In this document: positions 34,101-42,736 of the stretch, in pieces
Layout of the letters: each line of letters starts with the position of its first letter
Numbering within the stretch: position 1 is the first letter of the stretch
Assembly: GCA_963667845.2 (NCBI GenBank)
Contig: CAXXVL010000002.1
Coordinates: 3,232,001-3,296,000, forward strand
From: Smithellaceae bacterium
Lineage (GTDB): Bacteria; Desulfobacterota; Syntrophia; Syntrophales; Smithellaceae
Direction: 5' to 3'
DNA length: 64,000 nt
Translations under genes and position numbers: made by a program
Notes under the pieces: generated by a model
Databases searched by the model: none
Seen by the model: only the letters and a program-made list of their open reading frames with translations
What the model was told of the DNA's origin: nothing

Positions 34101-34857
34101 CGCCTGCGAAGTTGTATTTTGTGACATTATTCTTCTCAGCATCCGTGACGAACAGACCGTCGTCGGCAACGGCAAGAGAGAAAGGTTTGATGGGGCCGGT
34201 CAGCTTCCCGACATACGTGCCGTCCTGTCGATAGATTTTAACCATCCGGGCAGCACCGTCTATGGCGTAGATCAGACCTTTGGAATCAACAACAACGGCA
34301 GTCGGGCTCTTCAGCAGGCTCTCCTCCTTTCCGGTATTTCCGATCGATCGAAGGAAGACGCCATTTTGCCCCAGAACCTGAATCCGGTCGTTACCGGTAT
34401 CGGCTACGTAAATGATCCCCTGGTATACAAAAATTCCTTCAGGGCTGCTGAACTGCTTGGAACCGCTGCCGCTCTCGCCGAAAGTGTCGCGACAGACGCC
34501 CGTTTTGGAAAAAATGGCAATGCTGTCGAGTGACTTGTCCGCGACATAGATATGGTCACCGTATAAGGCAATCCCCGCCGGTTTCTGCAGGTAGGGCTCG
34601 CCTTCCTTTGTCTGACCGCTGAACGTCAGAATATTCTTCCCTTCGGGGCTGTAAACGTATACGAAGCCGCTCTTACCGGCCAGCATGCCTCCTTTGTAGC
34701 TGGTGACGTAGAGGTTGCCGCTTTTGTCCGCCGCGGCATGGAAAGGATTATCAACTGCAATTTCCGAGACGAAATTGACCTGATGCGCGGCCTGGGCCGA
34801 CAGGGAGATCATCATCGATATCATCAGGAACGCGATTGCCGGACGTATTCTGAACAT
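31126..34857 (-). CDS. Large exported protein: two NHL beta-propellers, two FN3 domains, transglutaminase-like domain, TPRs
   Basis: Signal peptide; repeated F..P.GI/YVAD..N.RIQV; FN3 W/Y patterns; ETL..NSGVCTD, PDHLF, WAPVELT; C-terminal TPRs. Confidence 0.85.
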   Translation of the reverse strand: MFRIRPAIAFLMISMMISLSAQAAHQVNFVSEIAVDNPFHAAADKSGNLYVTSYKGGMLAGKSGFVYVYSPEGKNILTFSGQTKEGEPYLQKPAGIALYGDHIYVADKSLDSIAIFSKTGVCRDTFGESGSGSKQFSSPEGIFVYQGIIYVADTGNDRIQVLGQNGVFLRSIGNTGKEESLLKSPTAVVVDSKGLIYAIDGAARMVKIYRQDGTYVGKLTGPIKPFSLAVADDGLFVTDAEKNNVTKYNFAGEKLFSFGTMGPGKVQFQELYGIATDGLGNVYAVDRSRATIQVIATGKETGNDLPFDISPPTSVRWLSDIPASAKKLAWDKTSRRIFAVDPESDAVLAVKDGRVEKTIRVPDVVPVSVAVDLKGFPWIIDREASQLVKLDTSGRVLLKVGSSGNKEGYFSKPSDILIGPDGLIYVADKNNNRIQVFNGEGVLMNAFTKAAGNQPLEAPVAIAQDAKGNTYVLCEDRKIVVCIAPNGSVTREIGGDLIGPDRFDSPVSLAVMGPELLVADAGTRSIKVFTLTGKFLREFGAKGSGKGDFKQPASIVVMDNAQFMVSDPGNKRLQTFGMQYTPSAPTGIHAKPAMRAVDITWNPSEESIVESYRVFRKLEGDFSYQEVGTSPKNSFRDASVLPGKNYVFRVSARGAGGNENITPESASSVPLKYAPPAPISLEAQSLEWSVDLVWKMSKEDYIDHYNVYRDSDGSALIARTKTGVFSEGGLEPDTSYTYLVSAVSIDEVESEHVPVSIRTQVAIKAPLEIDILEMSDIFSNTYKIYENEGIGKVRLTNNTRNPIPTLKLAFNIKEYMDFSTEVEIQNLLPKESREVAFKAVFNNKILEVTEDTPVQTELKVTYYENQKSRSCSKNNTIKLYEKHRMVWINKDRVATFITSKDPVVLEFTRAVVTQYADISSPLVYAAALYEYLGFMGMTYLQHPNNPYQIVEGKTSIVDYVQYPRETLKRNSGVCTDLVVLYTAALEGLGIRTMVLGTPDHLFMMFALGEASDLGDSTMNGLLVVHEGTIWAPVELTLVGSTFMKAWETGSKTYYEWKKKGLELTDLARAWDRYKPATLPFSDWRVQVKAKSEVSKRYGDEIAKLHRIWLKHTSNRYYLAATKYPEDAHAFIQLGIIYGEAGELEKAQSFFEKADKLTPNNAEIKNNIGNLQYLKGRFNDARKSYEKAAELDPADPYILVNLSLCYLKLNKRDKAAQIFRRAVEKDDQIARKHQTLAMELLGSI

Positions 34858-35003
34858 TTCGCCACTCCACAGGACCGGGATCTCCCGGATCGATTGAAGC
34901 TCCCGGCAAGTCCCGGAGAGTCCTCATTTCTTACGGAAATATATTTTCCAGTGCGCCTGATCAACCAGACCGTGAACCACCGGTAAGGCGTTTGCCGCCC
35001 GGT

Positions 35004-36845
35004 TCAACCCCGCCGATATTCAGGAACATCAGCATCAGCCGCCGGCGTTACCGGCCGCAAACCTCTCAAGGCAAATATCTCAACCGGAATCCGCTTCCCT
35101 TTGACCAGGAAACTCCCCAGCGGTTCAGTAATCACAATATTTTTTACCCGCTCATACAGTGCCCGGGTGATTACAGCACAGCCTGCATCCCTGCTTTCAT
35201 TCTGAATCCGATAGGTCAGGTTCACATTGTCACCGATGGCAGTATACTCCATTTTTTTGCCGACTGCACCGATATTTCCAACGATCACTTCACCCGTATT
35301 GAGCCCGATCCCCCACGTGATGGGTTCGTCTCCCGCACTGAGCCATTTTTTCTGAAGCGGGCCGATGGCGGCCATCATTTCGAGCGCACACCGAACGGCA
35401 AGTTCGGTATGATTTTCCTGAATGAGGGGCGCGTTCCAGTAGGCAAGGATTCCATCCCCGAGAAACTTGTCCAGCGTTCCGTCGTACTTCATGACGATAT
35501 CCGTCATAGCAGCGAGGTAGTCATTGAGAATTCGTACGACATCCGCGGGGGATCGTTTTTCACTGTAGGTTGTATAATTCTGGACATCGGCAAAGAGAAT
35601 GGTGAGCTCCCTGGATTCTCCGCCGATTTTCGCCATCTCCGGATTCTTTACGAGCAGATCGACGACCCTTTTGGAGACGTAGCTGGAAAACATCGATCGT
35701 ATCTCCCTCGCCTGCCGGTCCACGATAAAAAAGCGGAGGTAACCTGTTACGGCCGAGGTAAGTAGAATGCATAAAACAGGATAGACGATACTGATCCATC
35801 TTCCGACCAGAAACATGAAGCCGGCGAATGCAACCTGCAAGGCGATGAGCAGCACTGCCAGAGGAAGCGAGACGCTATGGCGGAGATTCCAGATCATGAG
35901 CGTTGTAGCAATTCCCAGGATGATGATCAGGACCAGATCGATGAGCTTTTCCGGACCCGCGCGCCGGATAAAGTTCCCGGCAGCAATATTGTCCGCAATG
36001 CCGGCGTTGACTTCAACCCCGGGTGTATTGTTGGAAAACGGGGTAATGCGCATATCATAAATACCAAGCGCGGTAGCCCCGACAAATAGAACCCGGTCTT
36101 TCAGTCTATCAGCCGGCACTCTGCCTTTCACCACGTCGGCAAAAGAAAAACGTTCATAGACACCGGGAGGGCCGGCGTAGTTAATCAGCATCCGCTGCTC
36201 ACCATCGATCGGAATCCTCCGGGGTCCCAGAAGCACTTTGGGGCCGTCAATCTCAAACGTCTTTATTCCCATCAGTTCGGCGGCACCGGCAAGGCCCAGC
36301 GATGGATATGTTTTTCCGCGATACTCGATGCCAAGTTTTGTGAAGCGGATGACACCATCGCTTTCCGGAAAGACGTTGATATGGGCGATACGTCGTGCGG
36401 CGTTCTGCAGCACCGGAATATTGGAGGTCAATCCCGCAACGTTGCCGCTTTCATCAAATTCAAATCCGCAGGCCAGAGTCACCCGTCCGGAACGCTTTAT
36501 CGCCGTTGCAAATGCGTCATCAACCGGTGTCGTCTGCGATTCCGGGAAAAAAGCGTCGAAGAGCACAGCTCTTGCTCCCGCTCCGGTCGTTACGTCAAGC
36601 AGGGTCGCATAGTGCACCCTCGAGAAAGGAAAGCGTCCCAGTTCAGCGATGGTTTTATCATCAATCGCGATAATGGCAATATTCGGGCGAGATTTGGGAG
36701 ATGTCCTGAGGGCTTTCATCCTGAGGTCGTATGTATTGTCCTCAAACCCTTCCAGGAGGTTCGTCTGAAGGTAATAGAGACCGATCACAAATAGGATCGA
36801 GAGCAGCGCGACGACATGAATATTTTTGGGCCTGCCTATTTTCAT
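35004..36845 (-). CDS. CHASE2-domain class III adenylate cyclase
   Basis: TM + CHASE2 (IDDKT..LGRFP.SR, DGVIR, PGVEVNA) + 3 TM + cyclase FADV, DKFLGDG, YTAIGDNVN...R. Confidence 0.92.
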   Translation of the reverse strand: MKIGRPKNIHVVALLSILFVIGLYYLQTNLLEGFEDNTYDLRMKALRTSPKSRPNIAIIAIDDKTIAELGRFPFSRVHYATLLDVTTGAGARAVLFDAFFPESQTTPVDDAFATAIKRSGRVTLACGFEFDESGNVAGLTSNIPVLQNAARRIAHINVFPESDGVIRFTKLGIEYRGKTYPSLGLAGAAELMGIKTFEIDGPKVLLGPRRIPIDGEQRMLINYAGPPGVYERFSFADVVKGRVPADRLKDRVLFVGATALGIYDMRITPFSNNTPGVEVNAGIADNIAAGNFIRRAGPEKLIDLVLIIILGIATTLMIWNLRHSVSLPLAVLLIALQVAFAGFMFLVGRWISIVYPVLCILLTSAVTGYLRFFIVDRQAREIRSMFSSYVSKRVVDLLVKNPEMAKIGGESRELTILFADVQNYTTYSEKRSPADVVRILNDYLAAMTDIVMKYDGTLDKFLGDGILAYWNAPLIQENHTELAVRCALEMMAAIGPLQKKWLSAGDEPITWGIGLNTGEVIVGNIGAVGKKMEYTAIGDNVNLTYRIQNESRDAGCAVITRALYERVKNIVITEPLGSFLVKGKRIPVEIFALRGLRPVTPAADADVPEYRRG

Positions 36846-37026
36846 ACGATTCCGGCCATCATTCTGTCGCGGTCCGCCTCTCCCGGACTTCCGGGTATAG
36901 CCTCACCCTGCAGTGGCTACCCTATTCATCTTTTCTGTACGGCGGGAAGATGATAATCCTGATGCCAATGTGGTGACAACTCTAACGTTGCGGTTTCTTT
37001 GACAGATATATATTTTCCTTAAAGCG

Positions 37027-37055
37027 AGTATAGGAAACGCCGTATTGCATGTCAA
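37027..37055 (-). promoter_or_regulatory. sigma70 promoter for the CHASE2-cyclase operon
   Basis: TTGACA-17-TATACT. Confidence 0.75.
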
Positions 37056-37374
37056 GGAATTCCTGAAACCCAATGACCTCGCATACCTTCCACAGAGGTC
37101 CGAGAGAAGAAAGTCAAAGAAAATTCATGTCATGATGAAAACGGAAAGTATCGGAAGTTTGCCGCAAGAGCACAGGCACCGCGAGTAAAAAATCATTCAG
37201 GATCTATGCACAGTGGGACATACCCTAAAGAAAGGCGGCACGAAACATACTTGCCGCTTCTACTTCGAAGATCCATTCAAGGCGATGATGGACGGAGCAC
37301 GTTGACTGCCATTCCCGGCGACACCGTTTGCCCGAAATTTGGCAAACGATGAATGTCATTCCACCGCCAGTTGC

Positions 37375-38943
37375 TCATGACCATTGCCAGGTGCAGCCTT
37401 TTTCGGTTTCTACCGCACGGATATAACTGCGGGCTATAAAATCGCTGACCGTGTTCTCGATCAGGCGCTGATCGCCGGAAATCGCCGTCTTCATTCTTTC
37501 AATAAAAATCTCCCGTGCTGCATCACGGTTTCCATTCAGAGAGACATCGATCACACCCAGTTTTTCAACCAGGTCCTCTTTCAGAATCGAAAACGTAATA
37601 TTCATCCGGTGCTGACCTTCAACCCGCATATCATCATAAGGTGTGTTTTTACCCGTTTTGTAGTTTTCAAGCACTTTTTGCCATTCGCCCCTCATTTCGA
37701 CGTCGTAAAGGGCGACAAAATCGCGGATATCCTGGGGAGTAAGTTCCGTTGTTTTCACAATCGCATCATTGGCATCATATTTTGACCAGTCTCTTGTCAA
37801 TATTTCCAGATCATAGTCTGCCACTTTTTCACACAAGGTTGTGCCCGGGAAAGGCGCAAGATAATGATAGCCGTAAAGAATCTCCAGACTGCGGGCAAAG
37901 GCATCTGTCCGCTTCAACGTATCTTTCGTTTCTCCCGGCAACCCGACCATGAAAGAAGCGTGAGCCAGCATACCCGACTGCTTACACATCCTGACAGCGC
38001 TTTTTGCCTGCTCAAGTTTTATTCCTTTCCTGACCCTTTTGAGCATTTCGGGACAGCCCGATTCCACACCGAAGCTGATGCTGTCGCAGCCGGCGTCGGC
38101 CATGGCATCAAACATCTCCTGGTTGACGGTATCCACGCGCGCAAAAGCACTCCACGCGAATTTCAGGTTACGTTCTTTGATGCCGTTGCAGATTTCTTTG
38201 ACCCGACCGGTATCGGACGCGAAAAGGTCATCGGCAATATTCATGCGGTCAAATCCCAATCCCATGATCTGCTCGACTTCGTCGAGCACGAGCCCGGGAC
38301 TGCGGCGGCGCACTTTCGATCCGACCATTTTCCGCCCCAGACAAAAGATGCAGCCGTGCGGACAGCCGCGGCCCGTAATCATACTGACCGGAAAACCAAA
38401 CGCCCGATAACGCGAGATGGGCAGTAACCGCCGTGCCGGAAGCGGGATGCGGTCAACATCCACAATGAAATCTCTCCTGCCGTTGCTGACGACGTGATCG
38501 GCCTCGCGAAATGCAATACCCGGAATACTTCGCCATTTATTTTTCTGCTTCATGAGCGGAGCGAATTCAATAATCGTATCATCTGCTTCGCCAATGAAGA
38601 TTACATCGATTTCCGGATAAGTCCGGAGAGTCTCTTCCACGGTAAACGAGACATGCGGCCCTCCCATCATGGTAAGGATGTCCGGATTGATGTCTTTTAC
38701 ATCGTGCAGAATCCGCTGCGCGTCATAAAAATTCATCGTGACCGATCCTGCACCAACGGCGTCCGGCTGAAAATCGGCCAGTTGACGGGTAAGTTTTTCT
38801 CTGGAATAGCTGGAAATGATATAATCAAAAATCCGTACGTCACAGCCTGCTTTCTCGAAAGCTGCAGCAACATAAGAGATGCCCAGCGGCGGCGAGGGAA
38901 ACTCTTCCAGAGGATAGGGAGCGGCAATAATTGCAACACGCAT
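37375..38943 (-). CDS. B12-binding radical SAM protein
   Basis: PPLG..Y, GGPHVS, GRGCPHGCIFC, FGVESG, FMVGLPGE; start revised to MRVAII, 2 nt after the acyltransferase stop. Confidence 0.9.
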   Translation of the reverse strand: MRVAIIAAPYPLEEFPSPPLGISYVAAAFEKAGCDVRIFDYIISSYSREKLTRQLADFQPDAVGAGSVTMNFYDAQRILHDVKDINPDILTMMGGPHVSFTVEETLRTYPEIDVIFIGEADDTIIEFAPLMKQKNKWRSIPGIAFREADHVVSNGRRDFIVDVDRIPLPARRLLPISRYRAFGFPVSMITGRGCPHGCIFCLGRKMVGSKVRRRSPGLVLDEVEQIMGLGFDRMNIADDLFASDTGRVKEICNGIKERNLKFAWSAFARVDTVNQEMFDAMADAGCDSISFGVESGCPEMLKRVRKGIKLEQAKSAVRMCKQSGMLAHASFMVGLPGETKDTLKRTDAFARSLEILYGYHYLAPFPGTTLCEKVADYDLEILTRDWSKYDANDAIVKTTELTPQDIRDFVALYDVEMRGEWQKVLENYKTGKNTPYDDMRVEGQHRMNITFSILKEDLVEKLGVIDVSLNGNRDAAREIFIERMKTAISGDQRLIENTVSDFIARSYIRAVETEKGCTWQWS

Positions 38944-38945
38944 CT

Positions 38946-39668
38946 TCAATCTCCTTTGCGCGGGAACCAGATGGATCGAAACCATCCGAAAAGTGAATTC
39001 TTTTCCCGCATGATCCGTTCGACCGCGTCAAAATACTCAGCCATTTTTTTGGGATCAGACATCCATTGCGATCGCGATTTGACGGGCTTGTCCGCATCCA
39101 GATACTTGACAACCGCAGCAGGGTTTCCCGCGGCAATCGCGTTTGGCGGAATATCTTTCACAACGATGGCGCCCGCGCCGATAATGGCATTTTCTCCGAT
39201 GTGAACGCCCTTACCGATCATGGCGCTGTCACCGATCCACACATTCTTGTCAATAATAATTTCTTTTGTGCTGCCGATGGAAACACTGCGGTCATAGATG
39301 TCATGCCAGTCTGCGTCGGTAATACAGACATTCTGCGCCATCATGCAATCGTCGCCGATGGATATGGCCGTGGCCGACTGGATTCTGGTGCCCGGGCAAA
39401 TCAGACAATGCCTGCCGATTTCAACTTTTCCCGACTTTCCATCCGCCATCCAGGCCGTGATCCTGATGCGCTTTTCCATGGTGGCAATCAAAGTCGTGTA
39501 GTCTCCGATCGACACGGGCCAGCCATTAATTTCCACGCCCCAGGGTTTCATAAAAACCAAGTTCCGGCCAAAATGTTCACACTGCGGTGCCAGAAAATGG
39601 TTGGCATACCATCGTTCAAACTTCCAGCTCAGCTTCTTGATGTAATAGGGACGATGATCCTTCTGCAA
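38946..39668 (-). CDS. Hexapeptide-repeat (left-handed beta-helix) O-acyltransferase
   Basis: IGDDCMMAQNVCITDADWH, VWIG...IGKGVHIGENAIIGAGAIV..DIP...IAAGNPA. Confidence 0.9.
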   Translation of the reverse strand: MQKDHRPYYIKKLSWKFERWYANHFLAPQCEHFGRNLVFMKPWGVEINGWPVSIGDYTTLIATMEKRIRITAWMADGKSGKVEIGRHCLICPGTRIQSATAISIGDDCMMAQNVCITDADWHDIYDRSVSIGSTKEIIIDKNVWIGDSAMIGKGVHIGENAIIGAGAIVVKDIPPNAIAAGNPAAVVKYLDADKPVKSRSQWMSDPKKMAEYFDAVERIMREKNSLFGWFRSIWFPRKGD

Positions 39669-39754
39669 GTCGTTTCTCTTTTCACAATAATTTATCGGAC
39701 AATGTAATCGTAAAAATTAACCGTCAGAATAATGCGGTAAGTTTTTTTCGAAGA

Positions 39755-40789
39755 TTATGATTGTCGCTCTTGCCAATAGCGATGATTAAATATTTTCGCA
39801 GCCGGTGTCACGCCGTTTAAGGCGTCCCAGGCCATAAGAACAGCCGCAGACGTCCAGGCCGTTTTTTCTTCGGGCCAGATCACGCTATCGGGAAATGTAA
39901 CGCCCATCCAGTAAGATCCGTCGGGATAGCGCTTGTCGCCAAGCCAGCTGAAAATGGTTTTGGCCCGGGTATCGTCTCCCATGGCCGCCAGGGACAGGAT
40001 CAATTCCGACGTTTCGGCCATCGTGACCCAGGGCCGGTCGCTCACGCAACGGACGCCCCAGTCGGGCACCACAAATCTGTCCCACAGATGGTCGATTCTT
40101 TTTTTCGCCTCATCGCCTAAGACCGCTCCACAGAGAATCGGATAATACCAGTCCATTGAAAAACGCGACTTGATCATGTTGAAGAGATCGGGCCGGCTGC
40201 GGATGGTTGCCTCCAGGAGTTCTTTGGCCTTCTGCCAGCTGGGTCTTTTAATCCCCAGCACATCGGCGATCGCCAGCGCACACTTGATGCTCATATATAT
40301 GGAGCTGCACCCGGTCAAAAGCGCCATCTTATCAATGACACCGTCTTTATTTCTGGCCCAGTAGATTTCACCCTCCGGCGCCTGCATGTTGATCGCATAT
40401 TGGATGCCCCGGGATACCGACGGCCACATGGATTTCAAAAAATCAACATGACCCGTAATCAGGTAGTGCTGATAAACGCCTACGGCGATATATGCGGCAT
40501 AATTCGTTTCTTTCGTCGAATTGATAATCCTTCCGTCCTGGGTTTCCGACCACCAGCTGCCGTCGGGAAGCTGTGTGGCAATCAGCCACTCATAAGCGCG
40601 TTCGGCTTGGACCCAATATCCGGCAATGCTCAAGCCCATTGCACTTTCGACATGGTCCCAGGGATCGGTCTTGCCGCCCTGCGACCAGGGGATTTCGCCG
40701 GTGTCTTTTTGGATGGCCGCAATAAACTCTGCAACTTTTTCGACCTCGATGGGTTTGATCGCTTCAATCGACGATACATTCAATTCCAT
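39755..40789 (-). CDS. Alpha/alpha-barrel protein resembling MMP hydrolase MmpH (often annotated prenyltransferase)
   Basis: IPW..GG.TDPWDHVESAM, ALLTGCSSIY, RFSMDWYYP, GVRCVSDRPWVT.AET.EL, GSYW.G...WP.E...WT; position after GT4 and methyltransferase. Confidence 0.75.
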   Translation of the reverse strand: MELNVSSIEAIKPIEVEKVAEFIAAIQKDTGEIPWSQGGKTDPWDHVESAMGLSIAGYWVQAERAYEWLIATQLPDGSWWSETQDGRIINSTKETNYAAYIAVGVYQHYLITGHVDFLKSMWPSVSRGIQYAINMQAPEGEIYWARNKDGVIDKMALLTGCSSIYMSIKCALAIADVLGIKRPSWQKAKELLEATIRSRPDLFNMIKSRFSMDWYYPILCGAVLGDEAKKRIDHLWDRFVVPDWGVRCVSDRPWVTMAETSELILSLAAMGDDTRAKTIFSWLGDKRYPDGSYWMGVTFPDSVIWPEEKTAWTSAAVLMAWDALNGVTPAAKIFNHRYWQERQS

Positions 40790-40794
40790 GGGCT

Positions 40795-41496
40795 TTAACC
40801 TTTTCTCAGATAAAACACGATACTCTTGCCGATCAGCGGATTTAACGCTTCTTCCAGCATCCGCACTGCCTTCGGTTTGCTCATGATATCCCATTCCAGG
40901 AATTTTTTATAAAACCGGATCAGGATATTCTTTTCATTTTTCAGGCCCACCAGGCATTTGAGCCACCAGTAAGGGGCATGCAGCGCATGCTTGTAATTGA
41001 TTTTCCAGCAGGTGATCCCCTGCCGGTCCAGCATTCTGCTTAAATGTTTCTTTTTGTAAATACGAATATGCCCGCCTTCTTCGCTGTGATAAGCATAAGA
41101 AATCAACCAGCAGATTTTCTCCGAGAAATAACGCGGCACGCTGACAACCAAATGCCCCTGCGGCTTGAGGACGCGAACCAGTTCGGAAAGCGCTTTCTCG
41201 TGTTCGGGAATATGCTCGAGAACTTCCGAGCAGATGACGCAATCAAAGACCTCATCGTCAAAAGGCAGCGCGTTGATGTCCGCTGTCTCAACCCGGTAGT
41301 CGAAAGACAGAGCATCAGGCATGTTCTTCAATCCAGTGAGCGCGTCCGCCACATCTTTGGCGCTGCGGTCGATGCCGGCGATCTTCAGGCCGGGCAGTTT
41401 CGCCAGGGCACGCAAATGCCTGCCGCTTCCGCATCCGGCATCCAGAACAACACAACCGGGTTTTAACCTGAGCTCATGAAAATCGACTGTGACCAT
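40795..41496 (-). CDS. Class I SAM methyltransferase resembling the MMP-cluster 3-O-methyltransferase MeT3
   Basis: MVTVDF..L, LDAGCGSGRH, SEVLEH, GGHIRIY, HALHAPYWWLKC.VG, LNPLIGKS; start revised. Confidence 0.78.
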   Translation of the reverse strand: MVTVDFHELRLKPGCVVLDAGCGSGRHLRALAKLPGLKIAGIDRSAKDVADALTGLKNMPDALSFDYRVETADINALPFDDEVFDCVICSEVLEHIPEHEKALSELVRVLKPQGHLVVSVPRYFSEKICWLISYAYHSEEGGHIRIYKKKHLSRMLDRQGITCWKINYKHALHAPYWWLKCLVGLKNEKNILIRFYKKFLEWDIMSKPKAVRMLEEALNPLIGKSIVFYLRKG

Positions 41497-42736
41497 GGAT
41501 TGCCTCGCGATAGACATCGGCCACTTCCTGCGCCGCTTTCTTCCAGCTGAACACGGAATTGACACGCGCCAGCCCGGCCTGCGCGTACTTCTTTCTTTCT
41601 TCGGGAGCATTCAACAGCCGCGTGATGGCATCGGCCAAAGCCTTCGCATCGGCGGGAGGAACGATGACACCGGCATCGCCCACGACTTCCGGCAGGGCGC
41701 CGCCGGAGGTAGAAATCAAGGGAACACCGCAGGCCATGGCTTCGGCCGCCGGAATGCCGAAGCCTTCATACAGGGACGGCACAACCGCAACGGTTGATTT
41801 GGCGTAGTAATCGGCAAATTCCTCATTTTCGATACGTCCGGTAAAATGCACAATGTCGGACACACCGAGTTTCGCCACGAGGTTTTCAATAATGCCGTCT
41901 TTCTTGGGCTGACCGATGACGGTTAACTTGATCGGCTGCTTCTTACGAATCTGGGCCACCGCCTCCAGAAGAAAATTGAGACCCTTTAGAGGCGTGTCCG
42001 CGCTGTTCGTCACGATCAACGCATTGTCCGGCCGAGGGCCGTTCTGTTTCGGATAAAAGAACTCATTATTGATCCCGTTGTGCACAACGCGGAATCTGTT
42101 CTCGTCGAGCGAAAATTCTTTGGCGATGTCTTTCTTCGTAAATTCCGACACCGTGATGATATGGGAAAACTGCTTGGCCACCTTCAGCTGCATATTGATG
42201 AACGAGTACCATCGGAAAACGCGAAATTTCTGACGAAGCGTCCTGGCCACTCTATAGTCTTCCTGCCGGTCCACCGTGATCGGATGGTGAATGGTGACAA
42301 GCGTCGGCATGACTTTCCGGCCCAGCCTGCCGATCCCGTAAGACAGGCATTGATTGTCGTGGACGATGTCATATTCGTTTCTGTGTTTTTTCAGATACGA
42401 ATAAACCCGTTCGCCGAACGTAAAGGGTTCGGGGAAACTGCCCGTACAGACGTTTAAGAATTCATACATATTGATGGCGCTTGTTAAATCGCCGATCTTT
42501 TCCGGGCGAAAAAGGTGATCCGGATGATAAAGATCGAGACTGGGCAGTTTTATCAGCCGGACATTGTCGTCGAGGTGCGGATAAGGAGGGCCGGAAATGA
42601 CATCCACCCGATGCCCTTCATCGGCCAGCGCTTTGCTTAAATGCTTGATGTAAACCCCCTGCCCTCCGCAGGTCGGATTGCCTCGATACGTCAATAGACA
42701 AATGCGAAGCGATTGGGAAACGGAACTTTTTTTCAC
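41474..42736 (-). CDS. GT4 glycosyltransferase resembling MMP mannosyltransferase ManT
   Basis: YR...CGGQGVY..HLS, PSLDLY, FPEP.TF, VHDNQCL, HHPIT.D, PSLYEGFG.PA.EAMACG. Confidence 0.82.
   Translation of the reverse strand: MKKSSVSQSLRICLLTYRGNPTCGGQGVYIKHLSKALADEGHRVDVISGPPYPHLDDNVRLIKLPSLDLYHPDHLFRPEKIGDLTSAINMYEFLNVCTGSFPEPFTFGERVYSYLKKHRNEYDIVHDNQCLSYGIGRLGRKVMPTLVTIHHPITVDRQEDYRVARTLRQKFRVFRWYSFINMQLKVAKQFSHIITVSEFTKKDIAKEFSLDENRFRVVHNGINNEFFYPKQNGPRPDNALIVTNSADTPLKGLNFLLEAVAQIRKKQPIKLTVIGQPKKDGIIENLVAKLGVSDIVHFTGRIENEEFADYYAKSTVAVVPSLYEGFGIPAAEAMACGVPLISTSGGALPEVVGDAGVIVPPADAKALADAITRLLNAPEERKKYAQAGLARVNSVFSWKKAAQEVADVYREAIHGHSRFS

Noticed and set aside
39755..40789. Squalene-hopene cyclase/prenyltransferase interpretation
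   Set aside because: Has QW-like LPDGSWW/YPDGSYW segments but no DXDD motif, is only about 345 aa, and its motifs and context fit the MmpH-like hydrolase better
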